The position numbers were made by a program, and so were the translations under genes. The notes under the pieces were generated by a model, which worked only from the letters and a program-made list of their open reading frames with translations, had not been told where the DNA came from and ran no database searches. From Gemmatimonadota bacterium (GTDB lineage Bacteria > Gemmatimonadota > Gemmatimonadetes > Gemmatimonadales > GWC2-71-9): a DNA stretch of 64,000 bases. Each line of letters starts with the position of its first letter. Positions within the stretch are counted from its first letter, which is position 1. This document shows positions 16,990 to 27,252 of the stretch, piece by piece. The DNA is taken from the NCBI GenBank assembly GCA_046728135.1, contig JBKPDZ010000016.1, forward strand, positions 6,822 to 70,821, written 5' to 3'.

Positions 16990-18202
16990 ACGCCGGCTCG
17001 CGCGCAGGGGCTTGGAAGAATGCGGCGAAGAACACAAGTACCGCGGCCGCGAACGCCGCCGGGAGCCACCAGAAACTCCGCCACTGCTCCAGCGTCAGTG
17101 CCGTCGCGCCGGACAGGAAGCGATCGTAGACGTTGCCTGCGATCTGCGCGCCGATCAGCATTCCCACGCCGTACGTGACGAGCACCAAAAAGCCTTGCGC
17201 CTGTCCGCGCACCGCCGGCGTCGACTTCTTGTCGACGTAGATCTGACCTGTCACGAAGAAGAAGTCATAGCAGGGGCCGTGGAGCGCGATGCCGAACAGG
17301 ATCATCCAGAACACGGCATCCGGCGCCGCGAGCGCGAAGAGCGCGTACCGCAGCGTCCACGCCGCCATTCCCATCATCAGCATCTTCTTCACGCCAAGCC
17401 GAATGAACAGCATCGGCATGATGAGCATGAAGAACGTCTCGGACATCTGGCCCACGGTCTGCGTGGCGGCAATGCGCTTGACGCCCGCGGCGCCGAGGAA
17501 CAGCTGGGTGAAGTTGTAGTACGCGGCCAGCGGGATGCACAGCAGCAACGACGCGATAATGAATACGTAGAACGGCCGGTCGCCAAGCTGCTTCAACGCA
17601 TCGAGTCCCGCGATGCTGCGCAATGACACAGGCTGTCCTCTGCCCGGCGGCGGCGTGTGCGGGAGCGTGAAGCAGAAGACCCCAAGCACGACGCTGGCGA
17701 TGCCCGCCGTGTAGAGCGGCCAGGGTGTCTGCTCGGCAATGCCGCCGATTGCTTTGCTCAGCACCAGGCTGACGAATAGCCCCGCCACGATCCAGCCGAT
17801 CGTCCCGAAGACGCGAATGAGCGGGAACTGCTGCTCCTGCGACTGGATGTGATGGAACGCCAGGCTGTTGGCGAGCCCGAGCGTCGGCATGTAACAGAGG
17901 TTGTAGAGGAGCAGGACCAGGATAAACGTGGTAGGCGCGGCGCTGAATGCGGGTGCCGCGCACATGAGAAAGCCACCCAGCACGTGCAGGGTGCCGAGGA
18001 CTTTCTCCGTCGCGAAGTACCGGTCTGCCACCAGGCCGAGGAAGAACGGCGCCACGATGGCCGCCACGGGGTTGACCGTGTACGGCCAGTGCGTCAGCGT
18101 CGCCATGCCGTGATTCGTCATGTACACGGCGATGGACGTGTACCACGCCCCCCAGATGAAAAACTGGAGGAACATCATCGTGGACAGCTTCGTGCGGATC
18201 AC
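16973..18202 (-). CDS. MFS transporter, nucleoside:H+ symporter (NupG/XapB)-like
   Basis: MIRTKLSTMMFLQFFIWGAWYTSIAVYM resembles the NupG-family N-terminus. 12 hydrophobic spans. Confidence 0.75.
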   Translation of the reverse strand: MIRTKLSTMMFLQFFIWGAWYTSIAVYMTNHGMATLTHWPYTVNPVAAIVAPFFLGLVADRYFATEKVLGTLHVLGGFLMCAAPAFSAAPTTFILVLLLYNLCYMPTLGLANSLAFHHIQSQEQQFPLIRVFGTIGWIVAGLFVSLVLSKAIGGIAEQTPWPLYTAGIASVVLGVFCFTLPHTPPPGRGQPVSLRSIAGLDALKQLGDRPFYVFIIASLLLCIPLAAYYNFTQLFLGAAGVKRIAATQTVGQMSETFFMLIMPMLFIRLGVKKMLMMGMAAWTLRYALFALAAPDAVFWMILFGIALHGPCYDFFFVTGQIYVDKKSTPAVRGQAQGFLVLVTYGVGMLIGAQIAGNVYDRFLSGATALTLEQWRSFWWLPAAFAAAVLVFFAAFFQAPAREPASTPTL

Positions 18203-18206
18203 CGCG

Positions 18207-18983
18207 TCAAGAAGCCGATACCGCGAGTTCCTTCGTCAGCCGAATGATGATATGCGCCCCCGCTGGCAAGACGATGTCCGAATCCTTGGTTTCGTGTGCT
18301 ACGGCGGCGCCTGCAGCACCGCCCACGATGCCGCCGATGATCGTGCCCTTCTTGTTGCCGCCCAGCACGCGACCGAGGATCGCGCCCGCAGCGGCGCCCG
18401 CTCCCACCTTGGCCGCATCACCAGACGTCACGCCGCGGCCCTTGTGGATCGTCTCGAGCGAGTCCACCGACGCCTCGATGGGATACGACTTGCCGCGTAC
18501 AGTGATGCTCGAAACGCTCAGCGTCAAGGTCCCGGGCGTGCTGGGATTGGGCGCTGGTTTCACGTCCGTGATTTTGCCGTTGACGACGGAGCCCGCCGGA
18601 ATCACGACGCGGCCGGCCGCGTTGCGGACATCCTCGACGACACGCGCGGTGAATGCATCACCGACCTTCGCGGTGCGCGAGGAAATCGTATCGGTGGCGG
18701 CGATGTCGACCTTCGTGCCCGCACCCAGGCGCGCCATCGGGGGCGGAGCTGGCGGCCGCGCGGGCGGCGGAGCCGGGGGATTGGTGCGGTTCGTCGGATT
18801 ACGCGTCGCCGGCGGCGGGGCGGTCCGCTGGTCTGCGACGTCGCGCATCTGCGCCGTCGATTCGGCGGGTGCGAGCGTGAGGTTGCGGGCGGTCGAATCG
18901 CTGGCCTGGCTGTGCTCCTGTCCCTTCTGACAGGCGCCCAGTCCCACAGCGATCGCGGCCGCGAAAATCGCTAGACGAGTCAT
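18207..18983 (-). CDS. lipoprotein with Pro-rich linker and glycine-zipper C-terminus
   Basis: MTRLAIFAAAIAVGLGACQ lipobox, PPPATRNPTNRTNPPAPPPARPPAPPP, and GAGAAAGAILGRVLGGNKKGTIIGGIVGGAAGAAVA. Confidence 0.7.
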   Translation of the reverse strand: MTRLAIFAAAIAVGLGACQKGQEHSQASDSTARNLTLAPAESTAQMRDVADQRTAPPPATRNPTNRTNPPAPPPARPPAPPPMARLGAGTKVDIAATDTISSRTAKVGDAFTARVVEDVRNAAGRVVIPAGSVVNGKITDVKPAPNPSTPGTLTLSVSSITVRGKSYPIEASVDSLETIHKGRGVTSGDAAKVGAGAAAGAILGRVLGGNKKGTIIGGIVGGAAGAAVAHETKDSDIVLPAGAHIIIRLTKELAVSAS

Positions 18984-19014
18984 AAGGTCCTCTCGGTAAA
19001 ACAGCGGTGGTAGC

Positions 19015-19725
19015 CTACAACCGGTCCCGCAAAAACTGCGGTGTCAACCCCTGTAAGTATCCGGCAAGCAGCGTAAAGCTATCGGTGACGAGCAAGATGC
19101 CCAGCACGATCAGCATCCCGCCGGCAATGCGGTCCACCCATACAATGTAGGGGCGGAACCGTTGAAACCAGACCAGGAATCGATCGAGCGCCAGCGCGGT
19201 CAACAAGAAAGGGATCGCGAGTCCGAGCGCGTAGACCGCCAGCAACCCGATCCCCGGACCCAGGCCCGCGCGCGTGGCCGCGAGCGTGAGAATGCCGCCG
19301 AGAATCGGCCCGATACAGGGCGTCCACGCGGCTCCGAACGTGAATCCAACAACGGCGGAGCCGAACAGCCCGAGCGGTTTATGGGCCAGCTGGATTCGCC
19401 ACTCGCGCATCAAGAACGCGGGCCGCAGGATCCCGAGCAAATAGATCCCGAACAGAATCAGGACCGCGCCACCGACCCGGCCCAGCCACACCTGATAGTC
19501 GCGCAGCAGCTGGCCCACGGCTGATGCCGCGGCACCGAGTAGCACGAAGACCAACGAGAACCCCGCGACGAACCACAACCCATGAAGGAGGGCCGTGCCG
19601 CGCCGTCGCTCCGCTTCCTCGACCGACATCCCCGTGAGAAAGCCGACGTAGCTGGGAATGAGCGGCAACACGCACGGAGACAGAAAGCTCAGGAGTCCGG
19701 CCGCAAACGCGACGACGGCACTCAC
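19015..19725 (-). CDS. ccdA: cytochrome c biogenesis protein CcdA (DsbD-family thiol:disulfide transporter)
   Basis: LSFLSPCVLPLIPSYVGFLTG and a second ...WTPCIGPILG motif. Confidence 0.9.
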   Translation of the reverse strand: MSAVVAFAAGLLSFLSPCVLPLIPSYVGFLTGMSVEEAERRRGTALLHGLWFVAGFSLVFVLLGAAASAVGQLLRDYQVWLGRVGGAVLILFGIYLLGILRPAFLMREWRIQLAHKPLGLFGSAVVGFTFGAAWTPCIGPILGGILTLAATRAGLGPGIGLLAVYALGLAIPFLLTALALDRFLVWFQRFRPYIVWVDRIAGGMLIVLGILLVTDSFTLLAGYLQGLTPQFLRDRL

Positions 19726-19726
19726 G

Positions 19727-20272
19727 TCAGCCGCAAAATGCGACCGCCGAGACGACGGTGGTCCAGCGCGCGTCGGATCCGCATTCCGCCGTCGACGTCA
19801 CATTCATCGTGCGCACGATTTCGCCCGAGAGCAGCCACTGCTCGCGACGCTCGTCCCACGCCTTCTCGGGGTCGAACGGCACGCCCAGCACTGTCCCCAG
19901 CATGGAGGCGGCGAGATCCTCGGCGTACTCGCCGGCGACCACTTCGTTCTGCCCGTAACTGTGGTGCTCGGAGATGTATCCGTGGTGCGAGGCGTCGGCG
20001 GGCAAGGCGAGTCCAATGGACGCAGCCACCAAGCGGCTGGGCTCGTTCGTCGCCGACTCTGCCACCACGGTGAACACGATTTGGCCGGGCTTCAACATGC
20101 TCAGCCCCTCCTCGCGATCCACCAGCTCGCAATGAGGGGGAAAAATCGAGCTCACCCGCACGAGATTGAAGTTGGCAAGATGGGCATCGCGCAGCGCCAT
20201 CTCGAAGCTGGTGAGTTTTTCCTTGTGCCGGCCGACGCCTTTGGTGAGAAAGGCCTTGGTCGGGATGAACAT
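19727..20272 (-). CDS. pdaD: pyruvoyl-dependent arginine decarboxylase
   Basis: [30 protein letters not shown]...[11 protein letters not shown] is the PvlArgDC pattern, including the SS self-cleavage site. The ORF-track start at 20287 is a TTG; the ATG at 20272 is preferred. Confidence 0.85.
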   Translation of the reverse strand: MFIPTKAFLTKGVGRHKEKLTSFEMALRDAHLANFNLVRVSSIFPPHCELVDREEGLSMLKPGQIVFTVVAESATNEPSRLVAASIGLALPADASHHGYISEHHSYGQNEVVAGEYAEDLAASMLGTVLGVPFDPEKAWDERREQWLLSGEIVRTMNVTSTAECGSDARWTTVVSAVAFCG

Positions 20273-20294
20273 TCTGGCGTCAATCAACCTCGAA

Positions 20295-20693
20295 CTACCT
20301 CCCTTCGTACCAGACCGCGGGACCCAGCTCGACGGGCAGCTCCGTATCGCCGCCCCGGTCGACCGTCGCCTGCATAACCCGCGCCAACACCTCAGCGGGA
20401 CTCAGCGCAACTTCCAGCACTTCGATCTTGGTCTGCCCGCGGTCTTTGCCGCGCACGATGAGCATGTATTTCGCCGTGTAGACGCGCAACCGTCCGTCTG
20501 GAGACGCACTCTTGCGCGTGACGACGGCTGTGCCCCACTCCCGCCCCTGCCGTTTGATCGGACGAAAGATGTAGATCGTCTCGATCTCGGCCGGCGGCAT
20601 CTGCGCCTCCACCGCCGCGGCGAGCTTCGCCCATCCCGCGCCCTGGCCCGGAGACGGAGTGGTTATCGGGAAACTGGCGCCGGAGTCAGCCAT
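20295..20693 (-). CDS. hypothetical protein
   Basis: 132-aa ORF between pdaD and the upstream gene with coding-like composition and no recognised motif. The start is uncertain: the ATG at 20693 overlaps the upstream gene by 31 nt, and an alternative ATG lies at 20600. Confidence 0.5.
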   Translation of the reverse strand: MADSGASFPITTPSPGQGAGWAKLAAAVEAQMPPAEIETIYIFRPIKRQGREWGTAVVTRKSASPDGRLRVYTAKYMLIVRGKDRGQTKIEVLEVALSPAEVLARVMQATVDRGGDTELPVELGPAVWYEGR

Positions 20694-21778
20694 CGCTCCA
20701 CATAGAAGCGCAGAACATGCATGAAATCCTGCGCGTTGGTGACGACGCCGTAGGCCTGGTGTGTGCCGCGATCGCGCAGCTTGGTGACCACGAACTCAGT
20801 CTGATCCACGCAGATCGTCGTCAGGGGCCGAATGTCTTCCACCGCGCCGGAGTCCACGAATGCGGGAAGCATGTTCCCCACCGCGATCGCGTGGAGCGCC
20901 GTCGCCACGAAGATCGCGAACGTCGCGGTCGCGGTATGGGTACGCATGGCGTCCTGGGCGGCAAGCGTATCGGCCAAGACGCCGGGCAATGGACCGTCGT
21001 CGCGGATCGAGCCGGCGAGCACGTAGGGAATGCGGTGCGTCACGAGCGCGTGCATGATGCCGCTCGTCACGATGCCCTGTCCGACCGCCTGTGCGATCGA
21101 GCCGGCGCGCCGGATCGCGTTGATCGCGCGCATGTGCAGCCCATGCCCGCCTTCCACGCTTTCACCGGAGCTGGACATCCCGAGCGTCGTCCCGAAGATG
21201 GCGGCCTCGAGATCGTGGACGGCGACGGCGTTGCCGCCGAGCAGCGTGTGGCAAAAGCCGTTGTCGATGAACCAGATCATGTCTTCCCGCGCCCGCGCAT
21301 GCACGAGCGCGGGTCCGATGACCCAGAGAATCTTGCCGCCGCGCTGCTTCTCTTCGCCCAACAGCTGCGCCAGCACGTCGTAATCCACCGGCCGCTCGCG
21401 CGACACCTCCGTCGCCATGAACCGGAATTCGTTGGGGCTGTGTGTGCCGCCCAAAAATCCTTCGACGTGGACGAAGATGCCCTCGCTGCCGTCTTCCGCC
21501 GCACCCACGGCGACCTTGTCGCCGCGGCGCACTCGGCGCGGCTCGGTGACGACGAGATCGTCGGCGGCGGCCTGCACGATTACGCAATCCATGCGTGGCA
21601 GCCGCGGCCGTCGCCAACCGCTCGGCAGCTTCACATACGTCGGCAGGTTCGTCGTCGAAAAAAAACCGTCGGGAAGAACCCCGTCGGCGGGTGCGGACGT
21701 GAACCGCGCGTCGGGCGCGCCGGACAGCGGAGGCGCGCCAAAGTTGGGTGGTCGATACTGAAAGCGTGGGCGACTCAC
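20663..21778 (-). CDS. conserved protein, tentatively TIGR00300 / LOR-SDH conserved-region family (archaeal-type ornithine cyclodeaminase-like)
   Basis: 371 aa with a GTG start. ...ILWVIGPALVHARAREDMIWFIDNGFCHTLLGGNAVAVHDLEAAIFGTTLGM... The family assignment is from memory of that family and is not verified. Confidence 0.35.
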   Translation of the reverse strand: MSRPRFQYRPPNFGAPPLSGAPDARFTSAPADGVLPDGFFSTTNLPTYVKLPSGWRRPRLPRMDCVIVQAAADDLVVTEPRRVRRGDKVAVGAAEDGSEGIFVHVEGFLGGTHSPNEFRFMATEVSRERPVDYDVLAQLLGEEKQRGGKILWVIGPALVHARAREDMIWFIDNGFCHTLLGGNAVAVHDLEAAIFGTTLGMSSSGESVEGGHGLHMRAINAIRRAGSIAQAVGQGIVTSGIMHALVTHRIPYVLAGSIRDDGPLPGVLADTLAAQDAMRTHTATATFAIFVATALHAIAVGNMLPAFVDSGAVEDIRPLTTICVDQTEFVVTKLRDRGTHQAYGVVTNAQDFMHVLRFYVERWLTPAPVSR

Positions 21779-21811
21779 AGGCCGGTCAAAATACCCGAAG
21801 TGAATTGGCTT

Positions 21812-24055
21812 TCACAAGAGTGACTGCGGGTCACGATCCACTGTTACCGCGCGATGCGCCTTCGTGCGCCAGGCGCGCACCACGCGCCCGAGCACACGCG
21901 GCTCCGCAGACTTCGCCAGCACGTGCCAGCGCCACTTCCCCTTCAACCGCATGATCGGGCACGGCGCTGGACCCAATACGGTGAGCATTCCCTCCAGCCG
22001 CTCCGTCGCCGCGCGCCGCAGCCACGTTGCGACTCGCTCCGCAAGGTCCGCCGTCCGAGCGTGGTCGGCGCTCGCCATGACGAAGCGCACCAGACCTGTT
22101 CGTGGGGGATATGGAGGGTGTGGAGCGGATCGCAGGGGAAGCTCCGCGGCCGCAAATTGCGCGACCGAGTGGGCCGCCGCCGCTCGGATGGCGTGGTGAT
22201 CGGGCGCGCGCGTCTGTACGAAGACACGCCCACCGCGGGGACCCCGCCCTGCTCGACCCGCCACCTGCGCGACAAGCTGAAACGTGCGCTCGCCGGCGCG
22301 AAAATCGGGGAAGTGCAGACCCGTGTCGGCGTCCACGACACCGACGACCGTGACATTGGGAAAGTCGAGGCCTTTGGCGATCATCTGCGTGCCGAGCAGG
22401 ATGTTCACGTCCCCGCTGGCCACACGCTCGAGGATGTGGTGATGCGCCCACTTGCTCGAGGTCGTGTCGAGGTCCATGCGGGCGATGCGCGCGCGCGGGT
22501 AGCGCACTCCGACGAAGTGCTCGAGCTGCTGCGTGCCCAATCCGCGCAGCCGCTGAGTCGCCGAGCCGCAGAGTGAACACGTTTCGGGGACTGGTTCCTC
22601 GTGGCCGCAGTAATGACAGCGCATCGCGGGCGGCGTCTGGTGAACCGTGAGTGCGATCGCGCACTGCGGGCATCCAGGAACGTTCCCGCACGCGGGACAT
22701 TGCACGAATGTCGCAAAGCCGCGGCGATTGAGCAGGAGAAACACCTGCTCGCCACGCTCGAGCGCGCCGGAGATCGCCTGGTCCAGCGCTTCGCTCCAGG
22801 GGATCGCTCCCGCTTCGGCGGGCGGAACGCGGGGCGCGCTGCGCAGATCGACAATCTCTACGGGCGGCAACGGCCGTGCGCCCACACGATCGGGGAGCGC
22901 AAATGTCACGACGTGTCCTTGCGCGGCCTGATCGAGCGTCTCGAGCGATGGGGTCGCGCTCCCGAGAATGAGCCGGGCGCCCTCCAGCTCCGCGCGCCGG
23001 GTCGCGGCGTCACGCGCGTGATAGCGCGGTGCCGAGCCTTGCTTGTAGCTCGGCTCGTGCTCTTCATCGACGACGATGGCGCCGAGCCGTTGCACGGGCG
23101 CGAAGATCGCCGAGCGCGGCCCGACCGCGACGAGCCGCTCGCCGCGACGGAGCGCGCGCCACGCATCCGCCCGCTCGCCATCCGACAATCCCGAATGCAG
23201 CACGGCCACCTGGTCGCCGAAGACGCCGCGCAGGCGGGCAACGGTTTGTGGCGTCAGCGCGATCTCGGGAACGAGCAGGATGGCGCCCTGTCCTCCGGCG
23301 ACCAAGCTGCGCAGCACCTCCAGGTAGACCAGGGTCTTCCCCGACCCCGTGACGCCATGCAGCAAGACGGGCTGGGGGACCGGCATGTCCAGAATCCCGC
23401 GTACGGCGGCCCGCTGGTCTTCGGTGAGCGATGGCGGCGGGGGAGACGACAGATCCGCAAACGGGTCGCGGATCTCCGGCACGCGCTCGATGCGCGCGAG
23501 CCCCTGCTCCACCAGGCCATCCAGGACGCTCGCGGAAATCTTGAGCTGCCTGACGAGATGCGAGACGGGCGCCGAGCCGCCCAGCGCTTCCACCGCCTCA
23601 TAGACCGCGCGCCGCTTGGGCGCCCGCTTGAAGCGTCGCTCCCGCTCGAGGAGGGAGTCCATGCCGTTGCCGCTGAGCACGAACAGCCGTTCGACAGCCG
23701 GGCCCGGCCCCGCCGGGCGCGCCACGCTCCACAACGGGCCAGGGAGCAGCGCCCGCACCGACAGGCCGAGCGGCGCGCCGTAATAATCGGAGAGCCAGCG
23801 CCCCAGCTCGAGCAGCGCGGGGGAGAGCGCCGGCTCATCGTCCGGGGCGGCCGTAATCGGCTTGATGTCGACGTTGCCTGACGACAGATGACCGACGGCC
23901 TCCGTCACAATCCCAATGACCTTGCGGCGCCGCAGCGGCACGACCACACGCGCGCCGGGGACCACGCGATCCGCGAGCCCCGAGGGGACTTCATAGATGT
24001 AAGAGCGGCTTACCGGAACTGGCAGGACGACCGCGACGTAGCGCGGCGCGTTCAT
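21812..24055 (-). CDS. priA: primosomal protein N' (replication restart helicase PriA)
   Basis: ORF trimmed to MNAPRYVAVVLPVPVSRSYIYEVP. Walker A LLHGVTGSGKT, DEEHE box, and the Cys4-Cys4 zinc region CPACG..CPQC...CHYCG...CSLCG. Confidence 0.95.
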   Translation of the reverse strand: MNAPRYVAVVLPVPVSRSYIYEVPSGLADRVVPGARVVVPLRRRKVIGIVTEAVGHLSSGNVDIKPITAAPDDEPALSPALLELGRWLSDYYGAPLGLSVRALLPGPLWSVARPAGPGPAVERLFVLSGNGMDSLLERERRFKRAPKRRAVYEAVEALGGSAPVSHLVRQLKISASVLDGLVEQGLARIERVPEIRDPFADLSSPPPPSLTEDQRAAVRGILDMPVPQPVLLHGVTGSGKTLVYLEVLRSLVAGGQGAILLVPEIALTPQTVARLRGVFGDQVAVLHSGLSDGERADAWRALRRGERLVAVGPRSAIFAPVQRLGAIVVDEEHEPSYKQGSAPRYHARDAATRRAELEGARLILGSATPSLETLDQAAQGHVVTFALPDRVGARPLPPVEIVDLRSAPRVPPAEAGAIPWSEALDQAISGALERGEQVFLLLNRRGFATFVQCPACGNVPGCPQCAIALTVHQTPPAMRCHYCGHEEPVPETCSLCGSATQRLRGLGTQQLEHFVGVRYPRARIARMDLDTTSSKWAHHHILERVASGDVNILLGTQMIAKGLDFPNVTVVGVVDADTGLHFPDFRAGERTFQLVAQVAGRAGRGPRGGRVFVQTRAPDHHAIRAAAAHSVAQFAAAELPLRSAPHPPYPPRTGLVRFVMASADHARTADLAERVATWLRRAATERLEGMLTVLGPAPCPIMRLKGKWRWHVLAKSAEPRVLGRVVRAWRTKAHRAVTVDRDPQSLL

Positions 24056-25080
24056 CTCTTTTTGACGCCGAGGCCGGGCTCCGAGGGGAGGCGGATCTGT
24101 CCCTGGTCGATGGTAGCCCCGGTGAACGGATCGTCCACGGTGAGGGCGGCGCCGTCGAGGTCGGCGGCATCGACGAGCGGCGTGAAATGCGCCGCCGCGG
24201 TGATGCCGAGCGACGTTTCGATCATGCACCCGACCATCACGAGCATGCCGTGCGCGCGCGCCGTGGCAATCATGCGCAGCGCTTCCCGCAGCGAGCCACA
24301 CTTGGCCAGCTTGATGTTGATCCCATCCACGCGGCCCGCGAGACGGGGAATGTCGGCGGCCACCAAACAGCTCTCGTCGACCACGATGGGGATGCCGTAC
24401 TTCGCCGCCGCGCGCCGCACCTCGCCGAGCCCCTCGAGGTCGTCCGGCACGAGCGGCTGCTCCAGGAATTCGACGCCGAATTCTTTCAGCGTCGGGAGCA
24501 TTTGCTTCGCGCGTTTGAGGTCCCAGCCGGCGTTCGCGTCCACGCGAATGGGCTTGTCGGTCGCGTCGCGAATGCTCTGGAGAATTTCTTCGTCGCGATC
24601 GGTGCCGAGTTTGATCTTGAGGATGGGGTAGCCTTGCGCCTCCCGGACTTTGGCGCGGATCCTTTCGGTCGTGTCGAGTCCGATCGTGAAGGAGGAGAGG
24701 GGCGCCTGCTTCGGATCGAGTCCCCACAGTCGCCACAGCGGCTGTCCCAGCGACTTGCCCACGAGATCATGGAGCGCCGCTGACAGCGCCGCGCGCGCCG
24801 CCCAGTTCTTCGGCAGCACCTGCGCCCAGCGGGCTTCGGCTGCCTCGAGATCGAAGGGATCACTCGGCATGTGCGGCCGGAGCGTCTCGAATGCTTTCAA
24901 GACCGTCTCGAGACTCTCCCCGTAAAACGAGGAGGGATCCGCTTCGCCCCACCCTTCCCGTCCATCTCCGTCTGTCAACCGTACCCAGGCGCGCTTGTAG
25001 CCATTCGTCGAGCCACGCGCAATGGCGAACGGGTGGCGGGTCGTAATGGATGTCTGCTCGACGATCAGCTTTAGACCCAT
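24052..25080 (-). CDS. dipeptide (L-Ala-D/L-Glu) epimerase, enolase superfamily
   Basis: ORF trimmed to [24 protein letters not shown]. ...ILKIKLG..., IRVDANAGW, FLEQPL, and VDES are MR/MLE metal- and base-residue motifs. Confidence 0.8.
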   Translation of the reverse strand: MGLKLIVEQTSITTRHPFAIARGSTNGYKRAWVRLTDGDGREGWGEADPSSFYGESLETVLKAFETLRPHMPSDPFDLEAAEARWAQVLPKNWAARAALSAALHDLVGKSLGQPLWRLWGLDPKQAPLSSFTIGLDTTERIRAKVREAQGYPILKIKLGTDRDEEILQSIRDATDKPIRVDANAGWDLKRAKQMLPTLKEFGVEFLEQPLVPDDLEGLGEVRRAAAKYGIPIVVDESCLVAADIPRLAGRVDGINIKLAKCGSLREALRMIATARAHGMLVMVGCMIETSLGITAAAHFTPLVDAADLDGAALTVDDPFTGATIDQGQIRLPSEPGLGVKKR

Positions 25081-26132
25081 CGACGTTGCTTGAGCCACCA
25101 CATGATGACGGCGGACGTCAGCGCCATCACCACGAGGGCGCCCCAAAACCCGTACGGGTTATGCGTGAAGGGCATCTCGCTGAAGTTCATGCCGAAGATC
25201 CCCGCGACGACGATCAGCGGCAGCGCGATCGTGGCCACCACTGAAAGCTGCTTCATCACCGTATTCAAGCGGTTCGAGGTCTGCGAGAGATAGGTCTCGA
25301 GCACGCCGGCCAGCAAGTCGCGGACCGTGTCCATCGATTCCACGATGCGGATCGTGTGGTCGTACACGTCGCGGTAGTACAGCTGCGTGTCTGGGCGAAT
25401 GAAGCCGCACGGCCGGTTCGTCAGAATGTTGAGCACTTCGCGCAGCGGGCCGACGTGGCGCCGCAGCGAAAACGCCGCCCGCTTCGCCTTGAAGATTTCG
25501 TGAATCAGGTCCGGGTCGAACTGCTCGAAGAGCCGCTCTTCGAGCCCGTCGACCATGACGTTGAGGTCTTCGACCATCGGGAAATACGCGTCGACCGACT
25601 GGTCGATGATGTTGTGCATCGTCATCTCGACCCCTCGCCCCAGCAGCTCGGGATTGCGCAGCAGGCGATCGCGCACCGTGGCGCAGCTCTTCGACGGGAG
25701 CGCGTGCACGGTCACCAGGAAGTTCTTCCCCAGGAAGAAATACAGGTTGGACGTGGCGAGATCGTACGGCTCGGGCGTGCCTTCGTCGAAGCGAATCACC
25801 GCCATCACGACGAATACGTAGCGAGGATATTCCTCGAACTTGACGCGGGTGCCCGGCGACAGCGTGTCTTCGACCGACAGCGGATGGAACTCGAACACTT
25901 TTTCGAGCAGCGCGTGTTGATGCATGTTCGTGCTGTCGACATCCACCCACAGCTCCCCTTCGCCACTCTGGAGGATCTCGCGTATGCGGGAGGGGGAGAT
26001 GTCCTGCTCGAGCGTCCCGTCGGGCCGCCGATACAGGCTGATCGGCCAGTTCTTCGAGGCTTGCGGCGATTGCGCCGGCGCGGTGGTGACGGTCACTTGC
26101 TCAAGATAGTGCGCGCACGTGCGCCACGACAC
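25071..26132 (-). CDS. corA: magnesium/cobalt transporter CorA
   Basis: C-terminal [13 protein letters not shown] (GMN motif) plus two TM helices. The start is ambiguous between GTG at 26132 and GTG at 26096. Confidence 0.9.
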   Translation of the reverse strand: MSWRTCAHYLEQVTVTTAPAQSPQASKNWPISLYRRPDGTLEQDISPSRIREILQSGEGELWVDVDSTNMHQHALLEKVFEFHPLSVEDTLSPGTRVKFEEYPRYVFVVMAVIRFDEGTPEPYDLATSNLYFFLGKNFLVTVHALPSKSCATVRDRLLRNPELLGRGVEMTMHNIIDQSVDAYFPMVEDLNVMVDGLEERLFEQFDPDLIHEIFKAKRAAFSLRRHVGPLREVLNILTNRPCGFIRPDTQLYYRDVYDHTIRIVESMDTVRDLLAGVLETYLSQTSNRLNTVMKQLSVVATIALPLIVVAGIFGMNFSEMPFTHNPYGFWGALVVMALTSAVIMWWLKQRRWV

Positions 26133-27003
26133 CGGCGGCCAGCAGATCGAGCCGGTAGCCGCCCTCCAGCACGCCGACGACCGGTCGCTTTCCCATGCGC
26201 GCGCGCAACGCCTCCGTCCAGTGCGTGATGTCGTCCGGCTCGAGCGTGAACTCGCCGAGCGGATCGCCGGCCAGCGAGTCGAAGCCCGCTGATATCAGCA
26301 GCATGTCGGGATCCCAGTGCTCGAGCGCCGCATCCACGCCCGCGAGAAAATCGCGCACATACACCGCCCGCGGCAATCCGCCGGGCCGCGGCACATTGAA
26401 CACGTTGCCGACCCCGCGCTCGTCGGCGGCTCCGGTGCCGGGATACCACGGATACTGATGCATCGAGACGAACCGGATCGACGGATCGCGCTCCACCAGT
26501 GCCTGTGTCCCGTTGCCGTGATGCACGTCCCAATCCACGATCAGGACGCGCGCGCAGCCACGCGCCTGCGCGTGCCGGGCGGCGAGCACGACATTGTTGA
26601 GAAAGCAGAAGCCCATCGCACGGTCGGCGAGCGCGTGGTGGCCGGGGGGACGTGTGATGCCGAAGGCCGTCCCGGATTCCATGCCCCGCTCGACCGCGGC
26701 CAGCGCCACGCCGGCGGACGCCAGCACGCTTTCCCAGCTGCGCGGGCCGAGGAACGTGTCGGCATCCAGCGCGCCGCCGCCGCGCGCGTTCAGTGCTTCG
26801 AGCAGGGCGATGTACGCCGCGGGATGCACGCGCTCGATCGACTCACGAGCGGCGGGTAGTGCTTCGCACCACGTGATCACCGCGGCGAGGTCCGGCCGCC
26901 GCAGCGCCTCGAGCACGGCCTCGAAGCGTTGCGGCCGCTCCGGATGACCGGCGCCGGCGTAGTGATGCCGGCACGCCGGATTCCAGACGACCGCGGTGGA
27001 CAC
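26101..27003 (-). CDS. histone deacetylase-family (AcuC/APAH-like) deacetylase
   Basis: [16 protein letters not shown], and [11 protein letters not shown] motifs. Confidence 0.85.
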   Translation of the reverse strand: MSTAVVWNPACRHHYAGAGHPERPQRFEAVLEALRRPDLAAVITWCEALPAARESIERVHPAAYIALLEALNARGGGALDADTFLGPRSWESVLASAGVALAAVERGMESGTAFGITRPPGHHALADRAMGFCFLNNVVLAARHAQARGCARVLIVDWDVHHGNGTQALVERDPSIRFVSMHQYPWYPGTGAADERGVGNVFNVPRPGGLPRAVYVRDFLAGVDAALEHWDPDMLLISAGFDSLAGDPLGEFTLEPDDITHWTEALRARMGKRPVVGVLEGGYRLDLLAAGVVAHVRALS

Positions 27004-27252
27004 CTAGTGTTGGCGGCGGGTGTGCAGCAGCTCGCGCAGTGATTCCACTTCGCGCTTCATTTCCTTGCGTGCGGCCGCGAGCTCCGCCATGGCCCGGCGG
27101 TAGCGGAACCAACCGACGATCACGAGCACGGCGGCGACGCCGCAAATGATCGCCCACACGACCTGGTTGATCATCACCAGCAACACGGCGTTGAGGAGCA
27201 GAAACCCGACCGCCAGGATCGTCACGCCGCGCGTGAACGCCGAGGTCGTCAT
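27004..27252 (-). CDS. small membrane protein with C-terminal charged helix
   Basis: ORF 27004..27471 trimmed to the ATG at 27252, giving MTTSAFTRGVTILAVGFLLLNAVLLVMINQVVWAIICGVAAVLVIVGWF then RRAMAELAAARKEMKREVESLRELL. ATGA-coupled upstream. Confidence 0.6.
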   Translation of the reverse strand: MTTSAFTRGVTILAVGFLLLNAVLLVMINQVVWAIICGVAAVLVIVGWFRYRRAMAELAAARKEMKREVESLRELLHTRRQH

